IMG/VR virus record: IMGVR_UViG_3300017785_007464
Coordinates: 1 to 25,140 of that record
Origin: a virus
Taxonomy: Duplodnaviria; Caudoviricetes
Reading direction: 5' to 3' (one strand)
DNA: 25,140 nt
The position numbers and the translations under genes were made by a program. Position 1 is the first letter of the stretch. Each line of letters begins with the position of its first letter. The notes under the pieces were generated by a model. It was given only the letters and a program-made list of their open reading frames with translations, had not been told where the DNA came from and made no database searches. Positions 14,620-23,101 of this stretch are shown here, in pieces.

Positions 14620-17291
14620 GCAAACCCTTTGAAGAAGGATGTAAATTCACCAAGAATCCTTTCGCCGGACTTGGATTTGTATTCTTCTTTATCTTCGTCA
14701 TCTAACAGTTTAAAATAACTAGACGTTGCTTTTTCTTTGTCCGTAGCATTTTCTTCGGTAGAACCAAAAAGACTGCTGATAGAACCAAGAGCAGTAAACG
14801 GGTCTTCGCTTGTTAAACCTGCGTACTTACCACCGAGTTGCAAACCCTTTTCGGATGCGCCTTGCTCCATAAGCTGCATTTCTTCTTTACTGACATCAGT
14901 CATAAACTTGCCATAAAAGTCGTCTTCGCTTCCTTGGTAACCAGCGTTCTTGAATGCCTTGTAAAGGCTGGTGGCATAAGGAGAAGTTTCCGCTTTGGCG
15001 TCTTCAGCCCGCTGGATGTAATCAACACCCACCTTCTTCTGTGTAGGTGTAACTCCTTTTTCATTCAAGTATTTAATTGCTTCTCGTACGTTGACCGCAT
15101 TGTTGGTCCTAAATTGATCCGCAATATATCGCTTGACTTCATCAACACCCATTCCCTCGCCAGCAATGCCAAGGGTTCCTAGCATCTTGTCCCATTCATC
15201 TTTGTTTGTTTCAGGACTAACACCTTCAATAACACTGTCCGCAAATTCTTCTGGCGTTACAAACTGCAGGAAATTAACATCTGCAAGATCAATATCTTTT
15301 GCGGCAATTTCCGGAAGGATTTTAGTGTTGATGTAATCAGTTGCGTCTTTTAATGTAATGACATCTTTGGCTGGATCATAGCCTTTGGCTGCGCCAACTA
15401 CCTGATAATGAAGTTTGGCAAACTGAGTTTTATCATTCGGGTCTAACCCATAGTGATAGGCCCACTGGTTCCAAGTCCAGTCAGTTCCTGGGGCGTTGGT
15501 TTCACCATTACGCTTAGCTGTTTCCCAATCTTTTGCGACTTGATCAACTTGTTCTTGGTACCTTGTTACTTTTGGATCATCTGGAGTAAAGTTTCCAGTT
15601 GGATCCATGTAGAAACCGGCATCGAAATTTAAAGGTGCCGTACTGTAAACACCATCCAAATATGCTTCTGCCCGTAGAGCGGCAACATCTTTTAACTTTG
15701 CTAAAGACTTTTGTGTATCAAAGATATTTTTGTCTTGTTGTTGAAGCTCAATCGTGCTGATAAACTCACTCATTGACTTGGAGTTATCGAAGCGAGGTTT
15801 TAAGTATTCATCAACATATCGTTTAGCAAAGTCACCAGTTAACTTATACGTTTTTGTTGGATCAACAGGATCTTGGACCTCAATTCCTTTTTCGTAATTC
15901 CCAACTAGTTGTTCATCAAACCACTTTTGCCAGTTATATGTAACTCCATTCAAACTGGGAATACCTGTTGCTTTAGATAAACTTTCCTCTAAACTTTCCC
16001 TTGCTTTTTCTGGGTTTGTGACAAAGCCAAGAATACCGCCAATACCGCTGTCACCAAGCAAAGAATTGGTGAGGGTTTCGTTAATAGTTAAAACTTCATT
16101 AAAACCTTCAAGTCCTTTGTAAAACTCAAAGTCCCTTTCTTTTGCTTTTGCTTTAACTAACTCATCGGCAGCTTTTTTAAGCGAATCGTTAGTTAAAGAA
16201 CCAAACTGCTGTTGAACTTGTTTTTCTTTTCCAGCAAGCTCCGTACCTACACTTTTGCTAAGGATCGTATCTCCTTCAATACCAAGCACTTTGTCCCGAT
16301 ACTGCTGATACTCAGCATCGGTCATTGCTTCTTCATAGTATTCAGGCAACTCCGCAAGCTGTGCTTCATTACCGCGATAACCTGCAGACTTACCTTGTGT
16401 GGTGTAGTGCCAATGGAGATAAGTGTCGAAACTATAACGACCGGTGATGTCTAAATCAGGAAGATAATAAGGCTCGTCGGCTGTTCCTATGTTGACCGCT
16501 TCTTGTGCTGCGTCCCATTGGGTTTCAGCAGCTGATCCACCAGGAGTTGATGCGTAGTAATAGTCGGAATCAAATCCGCCAGTTGGTGGCTGGGCTCCGT
16601 TTTTTGGATCCCAGGGTTGAATTTTTTTCTGATAACTTGCTGAAATAACCTCAACACCAGTGTTGTTTAGAAGATCGTTAAATTTAATATCACCAATAGC
16701 CCTTCTCATTCCCTCCATTAAGGGCTTATAAGATCCCTCTTTACTCGCATTGACAGAATCGACAAGTCCTTCATAGTATGTAAGCGCTTTTTCTCCTATG
16801 CCTTTTTTGTCTGCTAAATATACTTTTCCGTTTGCATCTATGCCAAGTTTTGCTCCGCCAAGAATGCGATCTTCTTTTTTACCATTGTTGTCCCAATGCG
16901 TTTTACCCCATTCTTCTGCTGATTGAGAATAAGAACGTGGTAATTCACGCCCTTCTTTTTGTCCGTGATTTTGCCAGTGATCTTTCCCCCAATTTTCTAT
17001 GGTTTGGGTGGGAGCATCTCTAGGTACAGTGCGACCTTCTTGTTGCCCGTTTTTCTGCCAATGATTTCGACCCCATTCCTCTTTGTTGTTTGATTTAGAC
17101 TTTTTAAATGCATCTAAAAGATCCGCATAAGAGTTAACATACTTACTAAAATTCCTTGCTCCTGTGTTGTTGTATGCCTGTAGAAGATCTGGGTTATCTT
17201 GTACATATGCACCAAAGTCATTTACTCCAGTTGCTTCGTAAGCGTTTTCAAGATCTGAGTATGTATAAACGTAGTCTTCGTAAACACCCAT
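14616..17291 (-). CDS. Large (~891 aa) probable internal or structural virion protein with Y..NPDL / HW...G..EGR repeats
   Basis: Long ORF, ATG 17291 coupled to the HNH stop. The repeats resemble the FD...Y...NPD..A...HY...G..EGR family. Confidence 0.7.
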   Translation of the reverse strand: MGVYEDYVYTYSDLENAYEATGVNDFGAYVQDNPDLLQAYNNTGARNFSKYVNSYADLLDAFKKSKSNNKEEWGRNHWQKNGQQEGRTVPRDAPTQTIENWGKDHWQNHGQKEGRELPRSYSQSAEEWGKTHWDNNGKKEDRILGGAKLGIDANGKVYLADKKGIGEKALTYYEGLVDSVNASKEGSYKPLMEGMRRAIGDIKFNDLLNNTGVEVISASYQKKIQPWDPKNGAQPPTGGFDSDYYYASTPGGSAAETQWDAAQEAVNIGTADEPYYLPDLDITGRYSFDTYLHWHYTTQGKSAGYRGNEAQLAELPEYYEEAMTDAEYQQYRDKVLGIEGDTILSKSVGTELAGKEKQVQQQFGSLTNDSLKKAADELVKAKAKERDFEFYKGLEGFNEVLTINETLTNSLLGDSGIGGILGFVTNPEKARESLEESLSKATGIPSLNGVTYNWQKWFDEQLVGNYEKGIEVQDPVDPTKTYKLTGDFAKRYVDEYLKPRFDNSKSMSEFISTIELQQQDKNIFDTQKSLAKLKDVAALRAEAYLDGVYSTAPLNFDAGFYMDPTGNFTPDDPKVTRYQEQVDQVAKDWETAKRNGETNAPGTDWTWNQWAYHYGLDPNDKTQFAKLHYQVVGAAKGYDPAKDVITLKDATDYINTKILPEIAAKDIDLADVNFLQFVTPEEFADSVIEGVSPETNKDEWDKMLGTLGIAGEGMGVDEVKRYIADQFRTNNAVNVREAIKYLNEKGVTPTQKKVGVDYIQRAEDAKAETSPYATSLYKAFKNAGYQGSEDDFYGKFMTDVSKEEMQLMEQGASEKGLQLGGKYAGLTSEDPFTALGSISSLFGSTEENATDKEKATSSYFKLLDDEDKEEYKSKSGERILGEFTSFFKGFA

Positions 17292-17629
17292 TAGCAATCA
17301 CCAAAAATAAAAACTGATTCTTGTCTGACCCAGGCTTCAATCTTACCAAGGTTCTCTTTGGAAAAGAAGGTTTGTTTCTCGAACCAACTCTTCATTTCTT
17401 CTGATCCCTTGTGGGCGTTGCAACGCCGACAGCAAGGGACTAAGTTATGACGATTAGAAGAGCCCGACTTGAAGCGTGGGATGATGTGATCCAGGCTTGT
17501 GGCGTCTTCTCCGCAATAACCACACTTATGGTTCCATGCTTCGTATATACTTTGTCTAAATCGTTTCTTGGCAAGTTTTGGTGTTAATTCAACTAGCAGG
17601 GCGAGGGGCTCGTGCTCGTTGCAAAACAT
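17291..17629 (-). CDS. HNH endonuclease (McrA-like, intact motifs)
   Basis: CGYCG...LDHIIP..K.G....NLVPCCRRCN..KG. Confidence 0.9.
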   Translation of the reverse strand: MFCNEHEPLALLVELTPKLAKKRFRQSIYEAWNHKCGYCGEDATSLDHIIPRFKSGSSNRHNLVPCCRRCNAHKGSEEMKSWFEKQTFFSKENLGKIEAWVRQESVFIFGDC

Positions 17630-17713
17630 GCTCTTCGGTTGCCGTTAATTTATTCTAATTTCCCCACACAATTTCCCTGACAAGGTAAAGAGATAAAAAT
17701 TTCCTTAAGTCCG

Positions 17714-17741
17714 TTGACACCCTCTTGACATCGGATACTGT
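17714..17741 (+). promoter_or_regulatory. Putative sigma70-type promoter with tandem TTGACA
   Basis: TTGACA at 17714 and 17725. TACTGT lies 16 nt after the first copy, upstream of ATG 17767. Confidence 0.45.
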
Positions 17742-17766
17742 ATTAAGGCACGCGTTTCTCTACGCC

Positions 17767-17982
17767 ATGACCACCGCCAACGGATGGGTGTCCGTTCAAA
17801 AAGCAGAAGAGCTCCTGGGGCTTGACCGCAAGACCCTCTTTAAGTACCGCGATGATGGCACCCTGAAGCTGGGTCCGCACTTTGCTGCCTTCCCTGGATG
17901 CATGTCACGCGATAACTATCGTTGGAACGTTCCAGCGGTTAGGAAGCACCTGCAAAAACAAGAGATGGCTGCCGCTGCTTGA
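17767..17982 (+). CDS. Excisionase/MerR-like HTH protein (71 aa)
   Basis: WVSVQKAEELLGLDRKTLFKYRDDGTLKLGPHF...YRWNV. Confidence 0.75.
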   Translation: MTTANGWVSVQKAEELLGLDRKTLFKYRDDGTLKLGPHFAAFPGCMSRDNYRWNVPAVRKHLQKQEMAAAA

Positions 17983-18367
17983 GTTGGCGGTAATGATTTT
18001 TACGCAGTCTATGGGCAAGGATTAAGTCCGTGATGTTCAACTGAACGTCTTGGAACGCCATTGCTTCATAGAGAGATGACGAGAGGGTGACCCAGCAGTC
18101 CTGCAGATCGCGGGGCTGCTTTTCTTTTAGGTCAAACAATAAAACCCACTGTGGATGCAGTGGGCGTACGTTTCTTTTCTTGGTGCAGACCGATACGGTG
18201 TGATCGGGACCCCAATCAAAATCACGCAGTTCTTCCGGCTTGAGGCCATAAGTGGCGATCATGCCATAGAGCCAGGCGATTGCTTTTGTCTTTCGGTTGG
18301 AGATCAGTCGGAAATACTCATCCACGATCCGCTGATCTAGAGGCGGTTGGTGAGCCATGAGTCGCAT
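17939..18367 (-). CDS. Truncated, catalytically degenerate tyrosine-recombinase-like protein
   Basis: WLYGMIATYGLKPEEL...TKKRNVRPLHPQWVLLFDL...ITDLILAHRLR corresponds to the cyanobacterial integrase pattern W.YG..ATYGLRPHE...KTG.R.V.P..P.W...YDLRHA.A.R. Confidence 0.65.
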   Translation of the reverse strand: MRLMAHQPPLDQRIVDEYFRLISNRKTKAIAWLYGMIATYGLKPEELRDFDWGPDHTVSVCTKKRNVRPLHPQWVLLFDLKEKQPRDLQDCWVTLSSSLYEAMAFQDVQLNITDLILAHRLRKNHYRQLKQRQPSLVFAGAS

Positions 18368-18431
18368 GGGCTAGGTGACCGAACCATATCGAACGGTGGG
18401 TCTAGCTCGCAAGGGGTAAAGGATTCCTTAA

Positions 18432-18449
18432 TAAGTCTCGTGAGACTTA
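18432..18449. promoter_or_regulatory. Palindrome TAAGTCTC-GT-GAGACTTA
   Basis: Perfect 8-bp arms in an AT-rich intergenic region upstream of the recombinase-like gene. Confidence 0.55.
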
Positions 18450-18469
18450 ATATAAGTATACCTTAATCC

Positions 18470-19999
18470 TCAGGGTTTGTAAGGTTTTCCATCCTTATCA
18501 AACATTGTGAACCCTTGCATCAAGACAAAGTCGGTCGGTATGTTAAACAGTTTTTGCATCATCGGCATCATCATTGCCGACTGACAGTTATACGGCGGTA
18601 CATCCATCTGAGATAACGAGAATCGATTTAAGTTCACTGCTCTTGCATCTTGTTGTTCACTCTCTGTTTGATCCACAAGTTTCTGCTCCCATGCAACCAT
18701 GCTTCCCTCCTGGACGGGAAAGTCAGACGGTTCGGGTGGGAATGTTTTATCAGCAAACTTTAAAGCGTAAATATGCTTGCAGTAACGCATCTCATCAAGC
18801 AACGGCTCCCAGTTGTCGTTCAATGCAATGACAACGCCTTGTGCCGTGTCGTAGTCTGTATATTTTGGCATACCTTCTGCTGCTGATCCAGGGATTGCAG
18901 GGTCTCCTGTGCTCCTAATAAACGTCGCACCAAAGTCACGAAAGACACCTGGTCTATCTCTTGTTGCTTGGTTGTCAGTAACTGTGTCTGCAACTGTGGG
19001 CGGCAAACCAAATCCATCTGGCGCATACACTTCCATTGTGCGGTTGACCTGGGCACTGGTCATCGCACTGTTATCAAGAATCCCATTGAGCTTGGTGACT
19101 TCAAAGCGACCAGGCTTTACGGAAGCAACATTACTTCTTGGGTAACGTTTCTTCATTGACTTGTTGATATCACGCATGAACGCATAGTCTCTGTGCGTGA
19201 AGTCCTGACAAGAACAACAGAACCTGGCGCCAGTAATTAAATAGCGTCCAACGGTAAAAGGAACTGGAGATGGTGTGAAGAATTCTTTGTCGGGCGTTGT
19301 TTGCACAGAGCCCGCTTTACGTACTGTCAATACACCAGTAAATGGATTGGTATCTGTTAGAACTGCCTGTACATAACCATATCGTTTTTGTGTTGTTGGA
19401 TCAATCGTGTCACGGTCAATGATGTCACCACCAACAGTAATGACCCTATCCTCCAGGGTTTCACTGTTTAGCGGTCTAAGGCCCCCTGGTACACCTGGAA
19501 TGGCAACGTAGAACGGAGGGGGAAGCGGATTGCTGGCACTCCAGTTTCCTGCAAGTTTGACGTACCAGTTCGTTGCGTCTTCTGTAATGGACTCAATAAA
19601 AAGACGTTGGCCACTGCTGGGATCTACCAAGCGATCACTACGCATTGAACCGGCGTAACGCCAACCTGCCCAGTGCATTCCCATCTCTTTGTTCTTAGTT
19701 GGGAACCCTACAAACGTCCCGGAAATAATGGGAGCAGGGTTTGCAACAGAACTCGGTGTACCAGATGGTACAGGAATTTGGTATTGGAATGGGTAGTTAT
19801 AGCCGTTGTCAAAGAAGGTGGCAGTGGCTAACTCAAAGCCACGACGCCAGCGGGACCAAGCCGACTCACGGTTCGCACTGTAAATCGAATCTGGAACTGA
19901 ACCTTTGGAGAATTCAGTTGTGATCGGTTGAACGCCCGCTGGAGTAGGTAACGGTGTTTGGTTGAAATTACCAAAAGAGCTTCCACCCTTTTTGGCCAT
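18470..19999 (-). CDS. SWIM-type zinc-finger protein with a split motif
   Basis: FCCSCQDF ... YCKHIYAL, with the two halves separated by 142 residues. Confidence 0.65.
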   Translation of the reverse strand: MAKKGGSSFGNFNQTPLPTPAGVQPITTEFSKGSVPDSIYSANRESAWSRWRRGFELATATFFDNGYNYPFQYQIPVPSGTPSSVANPAPIISGTFVGFPTKNKEMGMHWAGWRYAGSMRSDRLVDPSSGQRLFIESITEDATNWYVKLAGNWSASNPLPPPFYVAIPGVPGGLRPLNSETLEDRVITVGGDIIDRDTIDPTTQKRYGYVQAVLTDTNPFTGVLTVRKAGSVQTTPDKEFFTPSPVPFTVGRYLITGARFCCSCQDFTHRDYAFMRDINKSMKKRYPRSNVASVKPGRFEVTKLNGILDNSAMTSAQVNRTMEVYAPDGFGLPPTVADTVTDNQATRDRPGVFRDFGATFIRSTGDPAIPGSAAEGMPKYTDYDTAQGVVIALNDNWEPLLDEMRYCKHIYALKFADKTFPPEPSDFPVQEGSMVAWEQKLVDQTESEQQDARAVNLNRFSLSQMDVPPYNCQSAMMMPMMQKLFNIPTDFVLMQGFTMFDKDGKPYKP

Positions 20000-20001
20000 G
20001 A

Positions 20002-20775
20002 TCAGAAGAAGCCGCCTTGTGCGTAGACATGAGCCCCTGGGATGTAACCAGAAGTGTTGGGACCGTCAGCAAATACACCCACGTAAATACGGTCGCCGCG
20101 CTCCAGGTAGATGCCCCGGTTGCGAAGAGGAGCGCCGTTGCCAAGGCCGGTGGTGTTACCAGCGGAAACATTGGGGACGGCCATCTCAGGCATCACGTCC
20201 GAACAATCCACTCGCTGAGTGTTTGCTGGAACTTGCTTGGCGAACAATACTTTGTAATCACCCGATGCCGGAATCGGAGTGGTGGTACCACGAGTCTGGT
20301 AGAAGACAAAAGTAACTTCTGGTTGGTAACCGTAGTTAACGCCGTTGTACACAAAGCCGCTTGACGTACCACCAGAGTACAAAAGCTTGGTGTTGACACC
20401 GGTCAGAGTAGTAGTGCCAGTGTAAGTGTAATAACCAAACCCATTTGACGCAGGAGTGGTTACAACACCAGTGTCGTAAACTAAGACGACTTGACCGCTG
20501 CTAACAGAAACAACAGTCCCAGAAGTGCCGCTAGATACAACATAGTCGGCATCACGGTAATAATCATTACGGACAATGGTGACGGAATCAATCACGCCAC
20601 CATTGTTGTTATCCAGTTCCAGGGCAGCATCCATGTCCACCAAGATTGATGGAGCTTGACCACCTTGCACAAACAAAGTGGTAGGAGTGCCAACAGTCTG
20701 AGTCGTTACCCGAACCGAATCAAATAACGGACGGTCAACTAGTAACGGCTGCTTGTTGGTGGCTGTCGATGACAC
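20002..20775 (-). CDS. Probable structural (virion) protein
   Basis: 257 aa, beta-rich and T/G/V-rich, GTG start. C-terminal RGIYLERGDRIYVG...VYAQGGFF. Confidence 0.6.
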   Translation of the reverse strand: MSSTATNKQPLLVDRPLFDSVRVTTQTVGTPTTLFVQGGQAPSILVDMDAALELDNNNGGVIDSVTIVRNDYYRDADYVVSSGTSGTVVSVSSGQVVLVYDTGVVTTPASNGFGYYTYTGTTTLTGVNTKLLYSGGTSSGFVYNGVNYGYQPEVTFVFYQTRGTTTPIPASGDYKVLFAKQVPANTQRVDCSDVMPEMAVPNVSAGNTTGLGNGAPLRNRGIYLERGDRIYVGVFADGPNTSGYIPGAHVYAQGGFF

Positions 20776-20807
20776 TGTGCTACTTCCTATTTATAAGTAA
20801 TTATAAG

Positions 20808-21461
20808 CTATTGTCCCAAGGTAGCGAATCGTGTTAACGCCTTGGTAAAGGCATCAAAAGGACCAGCAGATGGGGCAGGTGCAACTAAAGGCGCAAACAA
20901 TTGTTGTGCCATCATCAGCAACGTTGGGTCTTGACCAGCAAGGTTTTTAGCCTTGGCTTTTGGTGTTTGAGGTGATGGCTGAGCAGCAACAGAAGTAAAC
21001 CCTGGGTCATCGCCAAGAACACGTTGTGCGTTCTTGTATAAATCACCACCAGGTTTAAAACGGCTTGCGACTCCTGCAACGGAAGTTCCAAAAGAATCTT
21101 TGGCGTTCAAAGATACGTTTGGGTTGCCGCCAAGTACGGTTGCATAAGCACGTTCAATCCCCATGCCTGGTTTGTAGCCTCTGTCTTCGAAATAACGAAG
21201 AACAGCAGGGATTTGTTCGGCACGCGTGTACTTGCCCTTCTTGTTTGGATCTAAGTATTTTTGTTGTTCACCAGGGCCAAATTGAATAAGGCCATAGTGT
21301 CTACCGCCTGCCCCACCTTGGATATTGGGATCCATGTTGGTACCGGCTTCCAAAGAAAGGAATGCACCAAACTCATATGGATTTAAGTTAAGTTTCCTGG
21401 CAGCATCAAAGATTGCTTGTCTATCAGCTGAAGGAAGTATGCCAACACGTGGAGTAGCCAT
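20808..21461 (-). CDS. Lysozyme-like / lytic transglycosylase (SLT-like) virion protein
   Basis: AIFDAARKLNLNP......SLE...DPN..GG...YGLIQFG: catalytic Glu plus the GLxQ motif. Confidence 0.8.
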   Translation of the reverse strand: MATPRVGILPSADRQAIFDAARKLNLNPYEFGAFLSLEAGTNMDPNIQGGAGGRHYGLIQFGPGEQQKYLDPNKKGKYTRAEQIPAVLRYFEDRGYKPGMGIERAYATVLGGNPNVSLNAKDSFGTSVAGVASRFKPGGDLYKNAQRVLGDDPGFTSVAAQPSPQTPKAKAKNLAGQDPTLLMMAQQLFAPLVAPAPSAGPFDAFTKALTRFATLGQ

Positions 21462-21474
21462 GACTGTTGTTTCG

Positions 21475-21591
21475 TTATTCTCCTACCCAATTTGACTCTG
21501 CGCGGAGACCAGGGGTAAAAACAGTTTGTAATGCAACGACCAAACTGAGTTTAGTGGTCAGACGTTTGACAAAGTTAGGGCAAAGAATCAT
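21475..21591 (-). CDS. 38-aa peptide with signal-peptide-like layout
   Basis: MILCPNFVKRLTTKLSLVVALQTVFTPGLRA-ESNWVGE. Fills the gap before the SLT gene. Not in the ORF track. Confidence 0.5.
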   Translation of the reverse strand: MILCPNFVKRLTTKLSLVVALQTVFTPGLRAESNWVGE

Positions 21592-21680
21592 GGTTTTAAA
21601 GCAACAACACTGGCTCCCGTGAATCAAAGATTCGTGTCCAGTTGGTTGGACTTACATGCAAAGCAATGCCAAGGATGTTA
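21592..21680 (-). ncRNA. Candidate structured 5' leader RNA
   Basis: TAACAT -10-like box (21675-21680), then nested stems ACTGG/CCAGT enclosing GAATC-ttt-GATTC, with a competing GTCCA/TGGAC hairpin. Confidence 0.35.
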
Positions 21681-22598
21681 TCAGCTAGAAAACTGAGCGT
21701 TCTTGAACATCTCAGCTAACTTACGTGCTTGTTCAGAGCGGAAGTCGCCGCCTTGTACTGCAGTGGTGCCGATAGGAGTAATCGATCCAGTGTAAGAAAG
21801 ATTACCAACTAAAGGTGTGGCAGTACCAAGGGGTGAGCCCTGGAAGCTTGGTTTGTTCGGTGCAATGGATTGCTGGAAGCGCTCAAACATTGCGGCTTGT
21901 TCCGTTGGGAAGCCACCGCCAACAATTGGAGTCACACCTTCCAAGGTCACAGGCTTCACGCCTTCGTACGTAACTGCACGCTGTTCAGGAGGAATAGGCG
22001 TGGGGCTCAACGGACGAGTGGTGTCAAATGGGAAGTTTGTCACAGGCCCCATCTGACCTGCATTCAGTTCATTTTGAATGACTTCATAACCGGACTGACC
22101 AGGCTTGACCTTTGCAGCAAGCTTCGGATTGGCTTTAGCCCACATGGCCATACCGATGTCTTCCGCCGACTGAATATCTTGTTCAGTTGCGCCAGGTTTG
22201 CGAGCTTTTGCTGCAGCAATTTCGTAACGCTTAAGCTCAGGATCTTGTGCAGTCAATTGAGCGACACGAGATATTTCTGCGGCTTGAGCACGTTCTTCTG
22301 GTGTGCCACCTAAAGGACGAAACGAACGTACAGAATAATCTGTGTTTGCCCCAGGGATATCATTCCCTGTTCTATATTCTTCAAAACGACGTGCTCTTTC
22401 TCCTGCACCTGAGTAATTAGGACGTAATAATTCGGGGTTTACAACCGGGCGGTTTTTAATGGAAGTAGAGGCGCCAGGTTGCGCTGCCGAACCAGTTAAT
22501 CCAGCACCCAATAAAGAACCCAAGCCGAGTGCATAACGACCAATTTGAGAAGCGCCGCCAATTAAACGTGCACCTTGTAAAGCAGGTCCGATAAACAT
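21681..22598 (-). CDS. Hypothetical low-complexity protein, likely internal virion/ejection protein
   Basis: ATG 22598 with GGAGG RBS. N-terminal Gly/Ala/Leu hydrophobic segment. A/P/Q/G-rich. Confidence 0.65.
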   Translation of the reverse strand: MFIGPALQGARLIGGASQIGRYALGLGSLLGAGLTGSAAQPGASTSIKNRPVVNPELLRPNYSGAGERARRFEEYRTGNDIPGANTDYSVRSFRPLGGTPEERAQAAEISRVAQLTAQDPELKRYEIAAAKARKPGATEQDIQSAEDIGMAMWAKANPKLAAKVKPGQSGYEVIQNELNAGQMGPVTNFPFDTTRPLSPTPIPPEQRAVTYEGVKPVTLEGVTPIVGGGFPTEQAAMFERFQQSIAPNKPSFQGSPLGTATPLVGNLSYTGSITPIGTTAVQGGDFRSEQARKLAEMFKNAQFSS

Positions 22599-22600
22599 AA

Positions 22601-23062
22601 TTACCTCCAAACCTCATGTAAATAAAGACGAGAACCAACAGCTGTGTCGGCGGGTCCAGGGAGTGCCTGGATAAATTCAGCACCAGAGCGTTCGTAACGG
22701 TATCTGGCTTGGAACGGATCCTTGTAGTTAGGAACGTAAAGGATGCCGGCTAAACGGTTGGTTTCGTAGAGATAAATCTCGTCCCAAACCTTGAGGGCTT
22801 CTTTGGCGTTGCTAGACCGAATAGTACGGTCAACGTCACCAGCGATGCTCTCCAACCTGGTGGAAGGTGCAGTTGCTACTTCGGTTTTCTTTTCGGCCGT
22901 ATCGCAACGACCAATCTGAATAGCGATCTTGTCGTAAAAGTACGAATCAGGGATCGTATTCATCGCTTCTTCCAGACGGGCATAGTCACCCGCTGGCACG
23001 GAAACCGTGAAGTAGCCCAGGTGATACCGGACCCTACTTTTGTCAAAGTCGGATAACTGCAC
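22601..23062 (-). CDS. Probable head-completion / head-tail adaptor-like protein
   Basis: LSDFDKSRVRYHLGY N-terminus, 153 aa, helical, located in the structural block. The function is inferred. Confidence 0.5.
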   Translation of the reverse strand: MQLSDFDKSRVRYHLGYFTVSVPAGDYARLEEAMNTIPDSYFYDKIAIQIGRCDTAEKKTEVATAPSTRLESIAGDVDRTIRSSNAKEALKVWDEIYLYETNRLAGILYVPNYKDPFQARYRYERSGAEFIQALPGPADTAVGSRLYLHEVWR

Positions 23063-23101
23063 CGCTTATTTCCGTATGTTTTTAATTATAAAGGACCTGA
23101 A

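Noticed and set aside
17681-18439. Loose direct similarity (GGTAAAG...TTCCTTAA...AAGTC) on both sides of the xis/int-like pair, as possible attL/attR
   Set aside because: The matches are short, gapped and AT-rich, and the recombinase appears inactive. Not enough to call att sites.
20788-20795. T4-type late promoter TATAAATA
   Set aside because: Only one occurrence noticed, in an AT-rich gap. The other upstream regions show TA-nnn-T instead.
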